From contig JAFSZZ010000110.1 of assembly GCA_017458765.1 (NCBI GenBank), positions 1-61,150 on the forward strand: a DNA stretch of 61,150 nucleotides, in the 5' to 3' direction. The notes beneath the pieces were generated by a model that ran no database searches, was not told the origin of the DNA, and saw nothing but the letters and a program-made list of their open reading frames with translations. The position numbers were made by a program, and so were the translations under genes. Shown piece by piece: positions 20,001 to 28,789 of the stretch. Position 1 is the first letter of the stretch. Every line of letters starts with the position of its first letter. Source of the DNA: Lachnospiraceae bacterium (lineage in GTDB: Bacteria > Bacillota > Clostridia > Lachnospirales > Lachnospiraceae).

Positions 20001-20404
20001 CTGTTAACGACCAGTAATACCTCGCAGTCCTCCATAGTGGCTGTGGCATTGGCCAGGAGCTCACTTCTGGCGATAGACGGCATGGCCTCCAGCTTCCTGT
20101 AGTTATCGTTTGAGTACGCCTTGACCAGGTTGTTAAGCATAATGAGATTGTTCTTGTCATAATAGCTTGCAAGAGCATTCACTTCATCGTTGTTGCTGAT
20201 TAGATTGTTTATCGTGGATGAGAAAAAACGGTTGTTATTCTCATCCTGTTCACGGATCGCTTCGATCCGGAGTATATATTCAAGAGTTATAAAGAACAGG
20301 ACAATACCTATTAAAATGATGGTAAGCATAAGCATTGCCCGCTTATGATATAAGCTCCGGTTTTTGTTTGAACTGTTTTTATCCTCCATTAGGATACCTC
20401 TCAT
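17081..20404 (-). CDS. Very large mechanosensitive (MscS-family) channel with ~800-aa extracytoplasmic/TM N-terminal region
   Basis: C-terminal MscS core (...LVSDLLAGIFIVMEGSLHVGDYILVDGIRGKVIEIGLRTTRY...). Several TM helices flank two large hydrophilic domains. Confidence 0.75.
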   Translation of the reverse strand: MRGILMEDKNSSNKNRSLYHKRAMLMLTIILIGIVLFFITLEYILRIEAIREQDENNNRFFSSTINNLISNNDEVNALASYYDKNNLIMLNNLVKAYSNDNYRKLEAMPSIARSELLANATATMEDCEVLLVVNRRGDIIVSSYPNENGENILTGDVIDISEEDFLRLCDERDSCVPINNPYYNEEDVFGDELYMYCKMIPGSYGSDGNKYIMLGFSSEIIDKASFRMFDLSAWLNVTTIGNNGFALVVDSENDSLKYGIINGIDVADASPESLGVDSDILRNGFKGTKKINGIDCYVSSKAFSTELYGNNDYLIACIPLSDLYVGNFPVILWNLSLLFIFLVLITAYSSFVRSEMLRSNEDQLRIRLFKHKGKPVYYSRALGKKIIPIVIVSAMLVFVSAMYIQSLMKLSGAFSESVSIEEEISTDIEESINLRNDFLAYYDMQSISRAKLIAFIVALQGDEYFDYSKESASVMALGNSDGSGNRDVIKDDYNNAVSVINNSKALDKLKEANQVENIYLISDAGYTMATSSDYWSFSLSNNEDAQSYEFWDIIDGRKDTIVQRPMLSDEGILSQFIGCSLNYYTRLDENGNTEYVKYTDYLRQLDDDYTGNEITRHRGLLQIELDPNEEANMVESATPVYILSNTKISDDGFLMGFESDKGDDPDKETYKVFYSGIDSLTGKSAGELGISDNAFTGYYNGFQSINGRRYLQSFRQVDDYYIATAIPTDRLYFNSFVTAVFCSVFGLVLMLILSLFTLLVHDMDVEELYREEHDPLAVFGHWETSKEWQKSTNTQKFEMLIKKALLFGGAVFLASIAYEAYRFGSNSAILYILNGGWDTGIHIFSLSAVFLTVIVSGLVIKAFGHIIHLIAQAFGSRVETMMHLFTSLIKAAAIVFVLFYCLYLLGIQATRLLASAGILSIVVGLGAQSLVSDLLAGIFIVMEGSLHVGDYILVDGIRGKVIEIGLRTTRYEDDNQNVRIICNNALKEFANMSMKYSIVFYNIPVPYNEDYPRIRRILNKEFLQLYEDNRFLKGIPVCQGIQNFSDSSVDLRIRFMCDEAERYDVQWFMYDNIMRIFMANDITVPFNQVDVHYDIIRAVNADEIHLN

Positions 20405-21549
20405 CCTTCCGCAAAATCGGTGTCCATCGATATGCTTAACCTGTAATCGGGGAATTCCTTCCGGACCTCTGCCACAACATCATCATATACCTTCCTGCGG
20501 TCCTTTGCATCAAAGCTTATAACAATATCGAACCGCAGGGTCTTCCTGTCCTTATCCATGTAGAATCCATGCATCTGAAGTATATGCTCATGTGAGAACA
20601 CTATATCATGTACCTGCTTTTTGGCCGCTATAATGTCATCATCCTTTGTGTTAACGGAATATACTCCTATCGCAGTCAGTATTACCCGGTGCTTTTGATA
20701 TACGGCCTCCTGTATGCTTCTGATGAGCTGATCGAGCATATCTGCCGAATATGTATCGGGCACTTCGATATGGATGGAACCGTTCCAGGAATCGGGACCG
20801 TAATTATTAAGTACCAGGTCATATGCGCCCTGGACATCCGGGAAGCCGATAACCGTCTCTTTGATACTCTTTGCTATCCCGGGATCGTTGCGTTCACCAA
20901 GGATCTGAGACACCGTATCCTTTAGCATGTCAAAGCCGGACTTTATGATAACCAGTGATATTATTGCGCCGAGCCAGGCTTCGACCGACAGCCCGGTTAT
21001 CAGGAAAAGGATCGCAGCAACAAGGGTGGACGCCGAAATTACCGAATCAAGAACCGCATCCTCTCCGGAATTGATAAGCGAGGATGAATTAACCTTCTCC
21101 CCCGTGCTCTTAACATATCGTCCAAGGATTATCTTTACAGCCACACCGGTCGCGACGATGATGAGTGAAACGGGTGAGTAGTCCGGAGTATCGGGACTGA
21201 TTATTTTCTTTACGGATTCGGTAAATGATGTTATACCCGCATACAGTACGATCACGGATATGATCATCGCGCTTAAATACTCTATGCGCCCATACCCGAA
21301 GGGGTGCTTCTTATCCGGTTCACGTCCCGCAAGCTTCGTACCTATTATGGTTATAAGCGAGCTTCCGGCATCGGATATATTGTTTACCGCATCCATAACT
21401 ATCGCTATCGAATGGCTCATGAGCCCTATGACTGCCTTGAATCCGGCCAGGAGCACATTCGCCGCGATACCTATGATGCTTGTTCTTATTATGATCTTTT
21501 CCCTTGAATCGTTGGCAGAGTCTTCTGTCTGCATTGCTTTGATCAACAT
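20401..21549 (-). CDS. Cation diffusion facilitator (CDF) family metal efflux transporter
   Basis: 6-TM domain with HSIAIVMDAVNNISD and a C-terminal cytoplasmic domain. The stop overlaps the MscS ATG (ATGA). Confidence 0.8.
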   Translation of the reverse strand: MLIKAMQTEDSANDSREKIIIRTSIIGIAANVLLAGFKAVIGLMSHSIAIVMDAVNNISDAGSSLITIIGTKLAGREPDKKHPFGYGRIEYLSAMIISVIVLYAGITSFTESVKKIISPDTPDYSPVSLIIVATGVAVKIILGRYVKSTGEKVNSSSLINSGEDAVLDSVISASTLVAAILFLITGLSVEAWLGAIISLVIIKSGFDMLKDTVSQILGERNDPGIAKSIKETVIGFPDVQGAYDLVLNNYGPDSWNGSIHIEVPDTYSADMLDQLIRSIQEAVYQKHRVILTAIGVYSVNTKDDDIIAAKKQVHDIVFSHEHILQMHGFYMDKDRKTLRFDIVISFDAKDRRKVYDDVVAEVRKEFPDYRLSISMDTDFAEG

Positions 21550-21574
21550 TGTAATTCCTCCACGGTCTTTAATA

Positions 21575-21619
21575 TTTGACTTTCTGAATGCATTTCCTTA
21601 TTTCATTCGGAAAGTCAAA
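21575..21619. repeat. Hairpin repeat family B (tttgactttctgaatg-13 nt-cattcggaaagtcaaa)
   Basis: 16-bp stem with one wobble. Homologous copies lie at 34872-34909 and, partial, at 34755-34787. Sits between fliB-like and the CDF gene. Confidence 0.75.
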
Positions 21620-21662
21620 GTATAACATATATTCGGTCACCGGAACCGAATTTTAAATATGT

Positions 21663-22922
21663 TTACGTCATCTCTTCAAATATTTCGTACAGATTGTTCT
21701 GTATGGTCTCGTTAAAAAATGCCTTGCGATTATATAATGCCGTTACGGATGCTATATCATCGGGGGAAATATCCGGCTTATTCAATCCGTCTGAAGATCC
21801 GTCTTCCGGTGTGTTTCTGCCTGTATTTACCGGGATCTTACGTTTCTCGGTCAGTACAAGAATAAGAAACAGGATCATGTTGACATGGATGATCCCAAGC
21901 GCGGTTATCCTGCGGAAGCTGTAGGTCTCATATGCATCAAGAAAATATTGGTACAGATAATAGGACAGATATGCACCCGGTAATCCTGACAGCAGAGGCC
22001 CGGAATTAAGGATCCCGTTCATCCTTCCGATAAGATCCGTATCAGTTCTTCTGTAATCACTTATAACATCTCTGGCATCCGATAGCAGACCGTATAATGC
22101 CGGTCCCGTCTTTTTCTGCCCGAAATAATAAAGGATCGTTTCGGTCAGGCGGCTTATTACATTAAGAGGGAAGGGAAAGATACTGCTCACACCGGATGAT
22201 GCGTCGCCGGCCTTTACCGGGGATGCGGACACTGCTCCATTCTTCAGGGTTTCATTCCTCAGGGCTTCGTATTCGCAGAGGGAAGGTATGACCGTAGCTT
22301 CGCCCTCTGCGGCATACAGGTCCTGAAGCCTGCAGGCGTATGAATAAATACGCTCCATTATTTCTGCATAATAAACCGTACCGGCCGTAGTGTCCCCGGT
22401 CATGTTTCTTATTTTATCGGATGATATTGCATCGATAATGTCTTTACGTATACTAAGCAGGGTATCAAGATAAGCAGTATCGTCATTGGTGGTACAGGGT
22501 CTGGTCTCAGGTTCTGCAGCATCTTCGATGATCCTGATATTTCCCATATTGCGGACGAAGATCCCTGCCGCCGCTATGCAGGAAAGATCCAGATAACGCT
22601 CTTCGAACTCCCCGTAATTACGATAGAACCGCGGGAAGCTCCTGCATGCCCAGGGAATGAAGTCGTGCCCCTTTTTAAGCTGCAGCCGGCACAGCCCCTC
22701 CTTCGTATGGAAGCGGCATTCTCCCGAGCTGAGATTGATCTTGTTCCTTGTATATCCTGCCGTGGCGGTAAACAGGCTTATTGCCAGCCTGCCCCTCTCT
22801 TCCCTGTACCTTATCAGATCCTCTTTATCAAGCGGAATAAGCCAGCCCTTGCAGCATGTCTGCGGGCATGCCCCTCCTATACATTCAAATTCGTCAAACC
22901 ATTCTATCTTATGTATTTTCAT
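21663..22922 (-). CDS. FliB-family (flagellin lysine-N-methylase-like) Cys-rich protein
   Basis: N-terminal FECIGGACPQTCCKGWLIPLDK matches the FliB F.C.G.AC...CCKGW motif. No flagellar genes nearby. Confidence 0.6.
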   Translation of the reverse strand: MKIHKIEWFDEFECIGGACPQTCCKGWLIPLDKEDLIRYREERGRLAISLFTATAGYTRNKINLSSGECRFHTKEGLCRLQLKKGHDFIPWACRSFPRFYRNYGEFEERYLDLSCIAAAGIFVRNMGNIRIIEDAAEPETRPCTTNDDTAYLDTLLSIRKDIIDAISSDKIRNMTGDTTAGTVYYAEIMERIYSYACRLQDLYAAEGEATVIPSLCEYEALRNETLKNGAVSASPVKAGDASSGVSSIFPFPLNVISRLTETILYYFGQKKTGPALYGLLSDARDVISDYRRTDTDLIGRMNGILNSGPLLSGLPGAYLSYYLYQYFLDAYETYSFRRITALGIIHVNMILFLILVLTEKRKIPVNTGRNTPEDGSSDGLNKPDISPDDIASVTALYNRKAFFNETIQNNLYEIFEEMT

Positions 22923-22957
22923 ATGATGACCGTGACTTAAGTCCGTCCGGTATTTCC

Positions 22958-25900
22958 TTAAGAACCGTTAACCTTACTCCTCTCTGTAACAAATCTGCTG
23001 AATTCCTCCTTCGAAACCGGCCTGGAGAAATAATATCCCTGTATGATATCACAGCCCATTTCCTTTAGTGTAAGATACTGTTCCTCTGTCTCCACACCCT
23101 CCGCTATAACGGGAACCTTAAGATGCTCCGCTATATCGATGATAAGCTCGATCATCCTCATATCCCTGTTCTCACTGAAGGCGTTATGTACAAAGGACAT
23201 ATCCATCTTAAGCGCGTCTATGGGGAGCTTCGAAAGCATTCCCAGTGATGAATATCCTGTTCCGAAATCATCCATTTCTATACCAAAGCCTGCATCCCTG
23301 AACCTGTTAACCATTGTAATAACCTGATCCGAATCCCCCGTATAAGCCGACTCGGTAATCTCAAGCAGCAGATCGGCAGGCGTAAGATCATATTTGTGAA
23401 GCAGCCTGTCAAAGACCTCGTTAAGATCGCTCCTTAACATATCTATTCTTGATACATTAACCGAAACAGGTACGGAGAAGCCGAACGTATCCTTGCAGTA
23501 CCTGATATAGGCAGCCGTTTCATCCCACACATAATGATCCAGTTCATAGATAAGACCATGCTCTTCGAGCAGCGGGATGAACAGACCGGGGCTTATGATC
23601 CCGAATTCGGGATGATCCCATCGAACAAGTGCCTCCGCGCTCTTAAGCAGGGGAACATCCGGCCTTATATCGAATTTCGGCTGGAAGAAGGTGGTGAACT
23701 GCATATCACCAAGTGAATTCTTGAAATCCTCGAGGAGCCTTTCCTTAAAGAGGATATCCTCATGCATTACCGAATCGTATTCCCCTATGGATGCGGCATA
23801 ATTACCCCTTATATTGTCCGCAGCCATCTTGGCTCTGTCGAACCTGCGCTCAATATCGATGGTTTTGTCGGCATCATAGTAAATACCGAGCCTTAAGGTT
23901 ACATTCCTGTCATTGTCCTCAGTCTCATCTATGTGTCCCAGACCTTCGGACAGCGCTTCAAGCACTCCGTTATAGTCATCCCGGTGAGGGACATAGATAA
24001 GGAACGTATCTGCGCCCTGACGGCAGCCGACACCCTTAAGCTGCCTGACCAGCTCTCTTACATTTTCACCTATGTTCTTAAGTATTTCATCTCCGTAATC
24101 CTTCCCGTAGCGTTCATTGATCATATGAAAACGGTTGACATCCACCACGACGGCGTCCATCGCTGTATCCGGATAATGGTGATCGAAGAGGTGCACATAT
24201 CTTATGAAATAATCAATGTTAAACAGGTTGGTAAGACCATCCCTCTCCGTCGAATGGATGATACTTCTTCCCTCCGAGAGCTCGATGCACTTATCCACCC
24301 TTGCCCTTATTATCTCCGCTGCAGGATACGGCTTGGGGATAAAATCGGCAGCTCCCAGCTGCAGGCATTCGACCTCTGCCCTCTGATCCGCAGTAAGTAC
24401 GATAAACGGGATATTTTTAAGAGCGGGATCTTCCTTTAGCCTGCCTATAAGCTCCACACCGTTCATTCTCGGCATTATTAGATCCATCATGATAAGAGCC
24501 AGATTGTCCCCATGCTCTCTTATCTGCTCCAGGGCTTCTATTCCGTCCAGGGCATACAGTATATCATAGCCTGACCTCAGTGAATTTCCGAGGATCTCGA
24601 GGTTTATCATCTCGTCATCGACTATGAGAACGCTTCTCCGAAGGTCGATGATCGTTTTTTCCTCCATCAGACTGTTCATCAGCTCCAGAGAATCCTCGTT
24701 TTCACCATCGTCTTCGGCTGCGTCTGCATCATCTCTGGAAGAAGCACCGAGGTTCTTAAGGAGCATCTTCTCTTCATACATCAGTTCATCGGCTCTTACA
24801 AAAACAGTATGTAAATCCTCATCCTCTCCGTGAATGAAATCTGAAATACCTCCCGATACCACAACCCCGCCATTCTCAATGTGGTCTACCGAGTGATCGT
24901 GAAGCAGTCTCATCAGCTCACTGCGCATATTATAATCACGGCCGGTCAGGATGGCTGCGAACTCGTCTCCGCCTATCCTGAAGACAGGACTGTGCTGGAA
25001 TATCTCTCCTATCATTTTACCGGCGTTTATAATCCATTCATCGCCGGCCTTATGCCCCAGGGTATCGTTTATCTGCTTAAGCCCGTTAACGTCGCAGACA
25101 ACCAGCGCAAAATCCCTTACAAGACCATCCCTTATATGAGCGTCAAGTTCCTTCTCCCTTTCGATGAAGGCATGCTTGTTCTTAAGACCGGTCATTGTAT
25201 CCGTGTTGGCCCGAAGCTCGCTCTCCATGAACCTCCTGTTCATATACCTGTGATTGGTCAGCATGATCAGGAGAACAAAGCCGAACATACCCATGGCAAT
25301 AAGCATTGTGCGGGTCGTCTCCCTGCCCTGCTCATCAAGCCTGTTCTCAACAAATTCCACCCTGGCTTCATCGTCCTCCTTCATCTCGCCTGTTTCGTAA
25401 TAATCCCTTACCTCTGTCTTTATCTTCGCATCCGACGACAGCATTGTCTGCCTCATCCATACGAAGGATACGAACAGAACAAGACTCAGAAGGACTATCC
25501 ATACAACAACCGACGATCCGAACCGTCTCTCATTATCCTTCCTAAGCACCAGTCTGAAGGATACGAAACCAAGCACGCTCCACGCGATAAAGAGAAGGAA
25601 GGTTTCCTTGGCGACCGTAGTCTCCGAGACAAAATTGGGGATCAGAAAATAGGCTTCGAAGAGGATCATAAAGACAAGACCGGCAAGACCCAGACATCTG
25701 CCCTTCTTATCCTCATTTTGGTGGCAGACCTTCATGGCGGCAGCGGAAACCACAGCATATACCAGAGTCGCTCCTATTGTCGTAACATCCACTATCCATC
25801 CTATGGCGGTTCTGCCGGTAAACGGAATGAGTATTGAGAACAGTACAACGAATCTTATCGCATTAGCAGGGATATTGTTATGATTAAGTTCAGCCATCCG

Positions 25901-26914
25901 GACGGGAAGTATATGATCCCTGGCCATTGAATAAAACAGCCTGCTTAAAGCATACATATTACCTATCAGACTGGTTATTACAAGAGAAAGCAGTGCAAGC
26001 ATAAGAATATCCACGCCCGCAGCCCCCAGATAGGCATGAGCAGCATAAAAAGGAGGAAGTGCTTCAAGCCCCGAAAGGCTGCCTATGTCATTTATATATT
26101 CAACCCAGCTCCCATATCTTTCGGGATATGCCGTTACCGAAAGAAGAGTCACCATTATATATATAACGGTTGTTACCATTACGGAGACGACCAAAAGACC
26201 GGGTATCTTCTTCCTGTCAAAAGACATTTCCTCGGTCGCATGTGAAATATTCTCGAATCCTATAAAGGCCCAGGGAGATATGACAGCTATTCCCAGTATC
26301 TGGGATATGGCGGACGTGTCATTCAGCAGCAAAGGTGCGGATGATACATTCCTGCCGAAGGATGCCGCCAGAAAACAGGCGGCTATACCGAAGGTGAAGG
26401 TGGCAGCCATGATGATCATCGCAAGATTAATGGCCCGTTTAAGGCGTATAATGAGACAGCCTATAAGAAGCAGTGAAAATATGGACAGCAGTGCTTCACC
26501 CATATATATATCATATCCGAACAGGGTATACAGCCTGCCTTTTTTGAAAACATCTCCCATGAAGATCCTTGCGAACAGAGGAAGTGACGTTGCGTTGGCC
26601 CAGAGGATGGCAAGATAGGTCATTGCAAGGAACCACGCGGTCAGGAATCCGTAGTCGAACCCGAAAACATCGCGGGAATAAGCATATGCGCCTCCGGCCT
26701 CCGGAAAGGCACGCATTAAAACAGCATAATTACGGCTTATTATGAGCATTACGGCTGCACCGCAGATAAGACCCAGCACGCTTCCGAGAGGACCCGCCTG
26801 GGCAAGATATGTATTACAGGTTACAACCAGCGATCCCCATCCGACGCTGGTTCCGATCGAAAACGCCAATGCTCCTTTAAGCGATAAGTGTTTATCAAGG
26901 CTCTGTCTGCTCAT
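22958..26914 (-). CDS. Multidomain c-di-GMP protein: APC-type amino-acid permease + GGDEF + REC + degenerate GGDEF + EAL
   Basis: 12-TM APC-like N-terminus; RIGGDEF; REC (VLIVDDE...MMDLIMPRMNG...LTAD); degenerate GADTF; EAL (EALVRW, EITES, DDFGTGYSS, EGVETEEQ). Start at ATG 26914 with an AAAGGAG RBS; the ORF track start is 26974. Confidence 0.85.
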   Translation of the reverse strand: MSRQSLDKHLSLKGALAFSIGTSVGWGSLVVTCNTYLAQAGPLGSVLGLICGAAVMLIISRNYAVLMRAFPEAGGAYAYSRDVFGFDYGFLTAWFLAMTYLAILWANATSLPLFARIFMGDVFKKGRLYTLFGYDIYMGEALLSIFSLLLIGCLIIRLKRAINLAMIIMAATFTFGIAACFLAASFGRNVSSAPLLLNDTSAISQILGIAVISPWAFIGFENISHATEEMSFDRKKIPGLLVVSVMVTTVIYIMVTLLSVTAYPERYGSWVEYINDIGSLSGLEALPPFYAAHAYLGAAGVDILMLALLSLVITSLIGNMYALSRLFYSMARDHILPVRMAELNHNNIPANAIRFVVLFSILIPFTGRTAIGWIVDVTTIGATLVYAVVSAAAMKVCHQNEDKKGRCLGLAGLVFMILFEAYFLIPNFVSETTVAKETFLLFIAWSVLGFVSFRLVLRKDNERRFGSSVVVWIVLLSLVLFVSFVWMRQTMLSSDAKIKTEVRDYYETGEMKEDDEARVEFVENRLDEQGRETTRTMLIAMGMFGFVLLIMLTNHRYMNRRFMESELRANTDTMTGLKNKHAFIEREKELDAHIRDGLVRDFALVVCDVNGLKQINDTLGHKAGDEWIINAGKMIGEIFQHSPVFRIGGDEFAAILTGRDYNMRSELMRLLHDHSVDHIENGGVVVSGGISDFIHGEDEDLHTVFVRADELMYEEKMLLKNLGASSRDDADAAEDDGENEDSLELMNSLMEEKTIIDLRRSVLIVDDEMINLEILGNSLRSGYDILYALDGIEALEQIREHGDNLALIMMDLIMPRMNGVELIGRLKEDPALKNIPFIVLTADQRAEVECLQLGAADFIPKPYPAAEIIRARVDKCIELSEGRSIIHSTERDGLTNLFNIDYFIRYVHLFDHHYPDTAMDAVVVDVNRFHMINERYGKDYGDEILKNIGENVRELVRQLKGVGCRQGADTFLIYVPHRDDYNGVLEALSEGLGHIDETEDNDRNVTLRLGIYYDADKTIDIERRFDRAKMAADNIRGNYAASIGEYDSVMHEDILFKERLLEDFKNSLGDMQFTTFFQPKFDIRPDVPLLKSAEALVRWDHPEFGIISPGLFIPLLEEHGLIYELDHYVWDETAAYIRYCKDTFGFSVPVSVNVSRIDMLRSDLNEVFDRLLHKYDLTPADLLLEITESAYTGDSDQVITMVNRFRDAGFGIEMDDFGTGYSSLGMLSKLPIDALKMDMSFVHNAFSENRDMRMIELIIDIAEHLKVPVIAEGVETEEQYLTLKEMGCDIIQGYYFSRPVSKEEFSRFVTERSKVNGS

Positions 26915-27082
26915 ATATGCTCCTTTAAATAAAAGATAACTACCCGGGAGTCGCGATGTCACATTTGAACACAAATGTACCGTCCCAGGCAGTTATCATT
27001 ATAACATAAATTAGAATTAAAAAATATAGTTATGACTCCTGAATCAAAGACATGCATAACCTCAGTTGATCATACAGCCCTG

Positions 27083-28459
27083 TCAGTCCGGATACTCTCC
27101 GTTAAAGCATGCCCGGCAGATAGGCAGATCCCCCACCATGTCTTTGAAATCATCTATCTTCATGTACTCAAGCGAATCCGCTCCTGTCATGTCCCTTATC
27201 TCTTCCTTCGAAAAGGAGTCGGCGATAAGCTGGTTGCCGGTCGGGATATCCGTTCCGTAATAGCAGGGGTACAGAAACGGCGGCGAGCTTATCCGCACAT
27301 GAACCTCATCCGCACCGGCCTTCTTAAGCATTTCTATAAGCTTTCTTATGGTGGTCCCCCTTACTATCGAATCGTCTATAAGAATTATCCTCTTCCCCTT
27401 TACCACACTTTTTAAGATGCTGAGCTTCTGTGCCACCGCGATCTCCCGCTCCTCCTGAGACGGCTTGATAAAGGTTCTTCCTATATAGCTGTTCTTGTGA
27501 AATACCGGCCTGAAAGGGATGCCTGATTCCAGTGAATAGCCTACGGCAGCGGTGATGCCTGATTCAGGAACACCTGTTACTATATCTGCTTCAACGGGAT
27601 TATGCCTTGCGAGCGACCTTCCTCCGTTAATCCTTGCGTTGTATACCTCTATACCATCGATACACGAATCGAGCCTTGCAAAATAAATATATTCAAAGAT
27701 ACAGTGGGCCTTCGTTTTCTGGACAAGCGATGTATCGGATGTTATTGAGTATTCGGTTACCGTGATCACCTCACCGGGTTCAATATCACGTACATATTCG
27801 GCTCCGACTGCATTAAGAGCGGCGCTTTCCGAGGCAAGAACATATCCGGTATCAAGCTTTCCGAGGCACATAGGCTTAAGTCCCAGAGGGTCTCTTATTC
27901 CCACGAGCTTTTTGGGGCTCATGACTATTATCGCATATCCGCCCTTAAGCTCACGGGACACATTCATCACAGCCTCTTCTATGGATGCTGTGCGCAGTCT
28001 TTCCTTTACTATTCTTGTGGCTATCACCTCTGAGTCGGAGGTGCCCTGGAAGGTCGATCCTTCCTGTTCAAGCTGCCTGCGGATCAGGGCTGCATTTCTT
28101 ATATTCCCGTTATGCACAAGAGCGAGGGTTCCTTTCAGATACTTGAGATAGAACGGCTGGGCATTCTGGATATTGCTTGCTCCCGTCGTTGAGTATCTGA
28201 CATGCCCTATGCCGATATTTCCGGTCAGCGTACTCAAAACATCTTCATGGAAGACCTCGCTTACGAGTCCCATTCCCTTATGTGTATTAATGTTTCCTTT
28301 GGCACCGTAGGTGTCGCATACAGCGATTCCTGCCGATTCCTGCCCTCTGTGCTGAAGAGCATTGAGCCCGTAATATATTTTACGCGCAACGTTGATTCTC
28401 TCTTTATCAAAGATACCGAATACCCCGCATTCCTCTCTTGGTTTATCTGTCATGTTCAT
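27083..28459 (-). CDS. purF: Amidophosphoribosyltransferase
   Basis: Propeptide then the CGVFGI nucleophile, the PRTase motif RIILIDDSIVRGTT and a C-terminal Cys cluster. Confidence 0.92.
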   Translation of the reverse strand: MNMTDKPREECGVFGIFDKERINVARKIYYGLNALQHRGQESAGIAVCDTYGAKGNINTHKGMGLVSEVFHEDVLSTLTGNIGIGHVRYSTTGASNIQNAQPFYLKYLKGTLALVHNGNIRNAALIRRQLEQEGSTFQGTSDSEVIATRIVKERLRTASIEEAVMNVSRELKGGYAIIVMSPKKLVGIRDPLGLKPMCLGKLDTGYVLASESAALNAVGAEYVRDIEPGEVITVTEYSITSDTSLVQKTKAHCIFEYIYFARLDSCIDGIEVYNARINGGRSLARHNPVEADIVTGVPESGITAAVGYSLESGIPFRPVFHKNSYIGRTFIKPSQEEREIAVAQKLSILKSVVKGKRIILIDDSIVRGTTIRKLIEMLKKAGADEVHVRISSPPFLYPCYYGTDIPTGNQLIADSFSKEEIRDMTGADSLEYMKIDDFKDMVGDLPICRACFNGEYPD

Positions 28460-28474
28460 TCTCCCTGAAATATT

Positions 28475-28510
28475 TCATAAGGGGTACCGTTTGCAGAGTA
28501 TTCCTTATGA
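28475..28510. repeat. Second copy of the 36-nt hairpin tcataagg-N20-ccttatga, immediately 5' of the purF RBS
   Basis: Differs from 6658-6693 at only 3-4 loop positions. Confidence 0.8.
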
Positions 28511-28621
28511 TATTGCATGTTCCGTGTATTACTCCGGTTTTATCCTGTGCTGTCTTTACACTCTGTTTAATTCACAGGTTCAGTTTCAGGCTTGTCCTGT
28601 AGGGTCTTTATACTGAGTATA

Positions 28622-28648
28622 GCGGCGCAGAAAGGAGCACTGCGCCGC
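28622..28648 (-). terminator. GC-rich hairpin downstream of amt (weak U-tail)
   Basis: gcggcgcag / ctgcgccgc 9-bp stem. Confidence 0.4.
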
Positions 28649-28789
28649 CGGACAAAGGATTTATAGTAGAGGGGCAAACCCTGAACTATCATCAGACGAT
28701 ATTCCTGTTATACTCGTATTTCTATAAAGATTCATTCCATAAATTTCTTTCACTAAATATCATTCTGCGAAATATCTCTGTTGAATGCT

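Noticed and set aside
24881-25837. Long antisense ORFs in the six-frame track. Examples: 24881-25837 (318 aa), 9290-10063 (257 aa), 39920-40681 (253 aa), 45716-46546 (276 aa) and 6970-7605 (211 aa).
   Set aside because: Each lies entirely opposite a strongly supported gene with clear family motifs. They have low-complexity or S/P/R-rich composition, no RBS and no recognisable domain. They are shadow ORFs.
28460-28620. Purine riboswitch or PurR PurBox upstream of purF
   Set aside because: The leader lacks the conserved purine-riboswitch core (UUUCUACC ... CCGUAAAU). The best PurBox-like stretch (AAAACCGGAGTAA) matches only about 10/13 positions.
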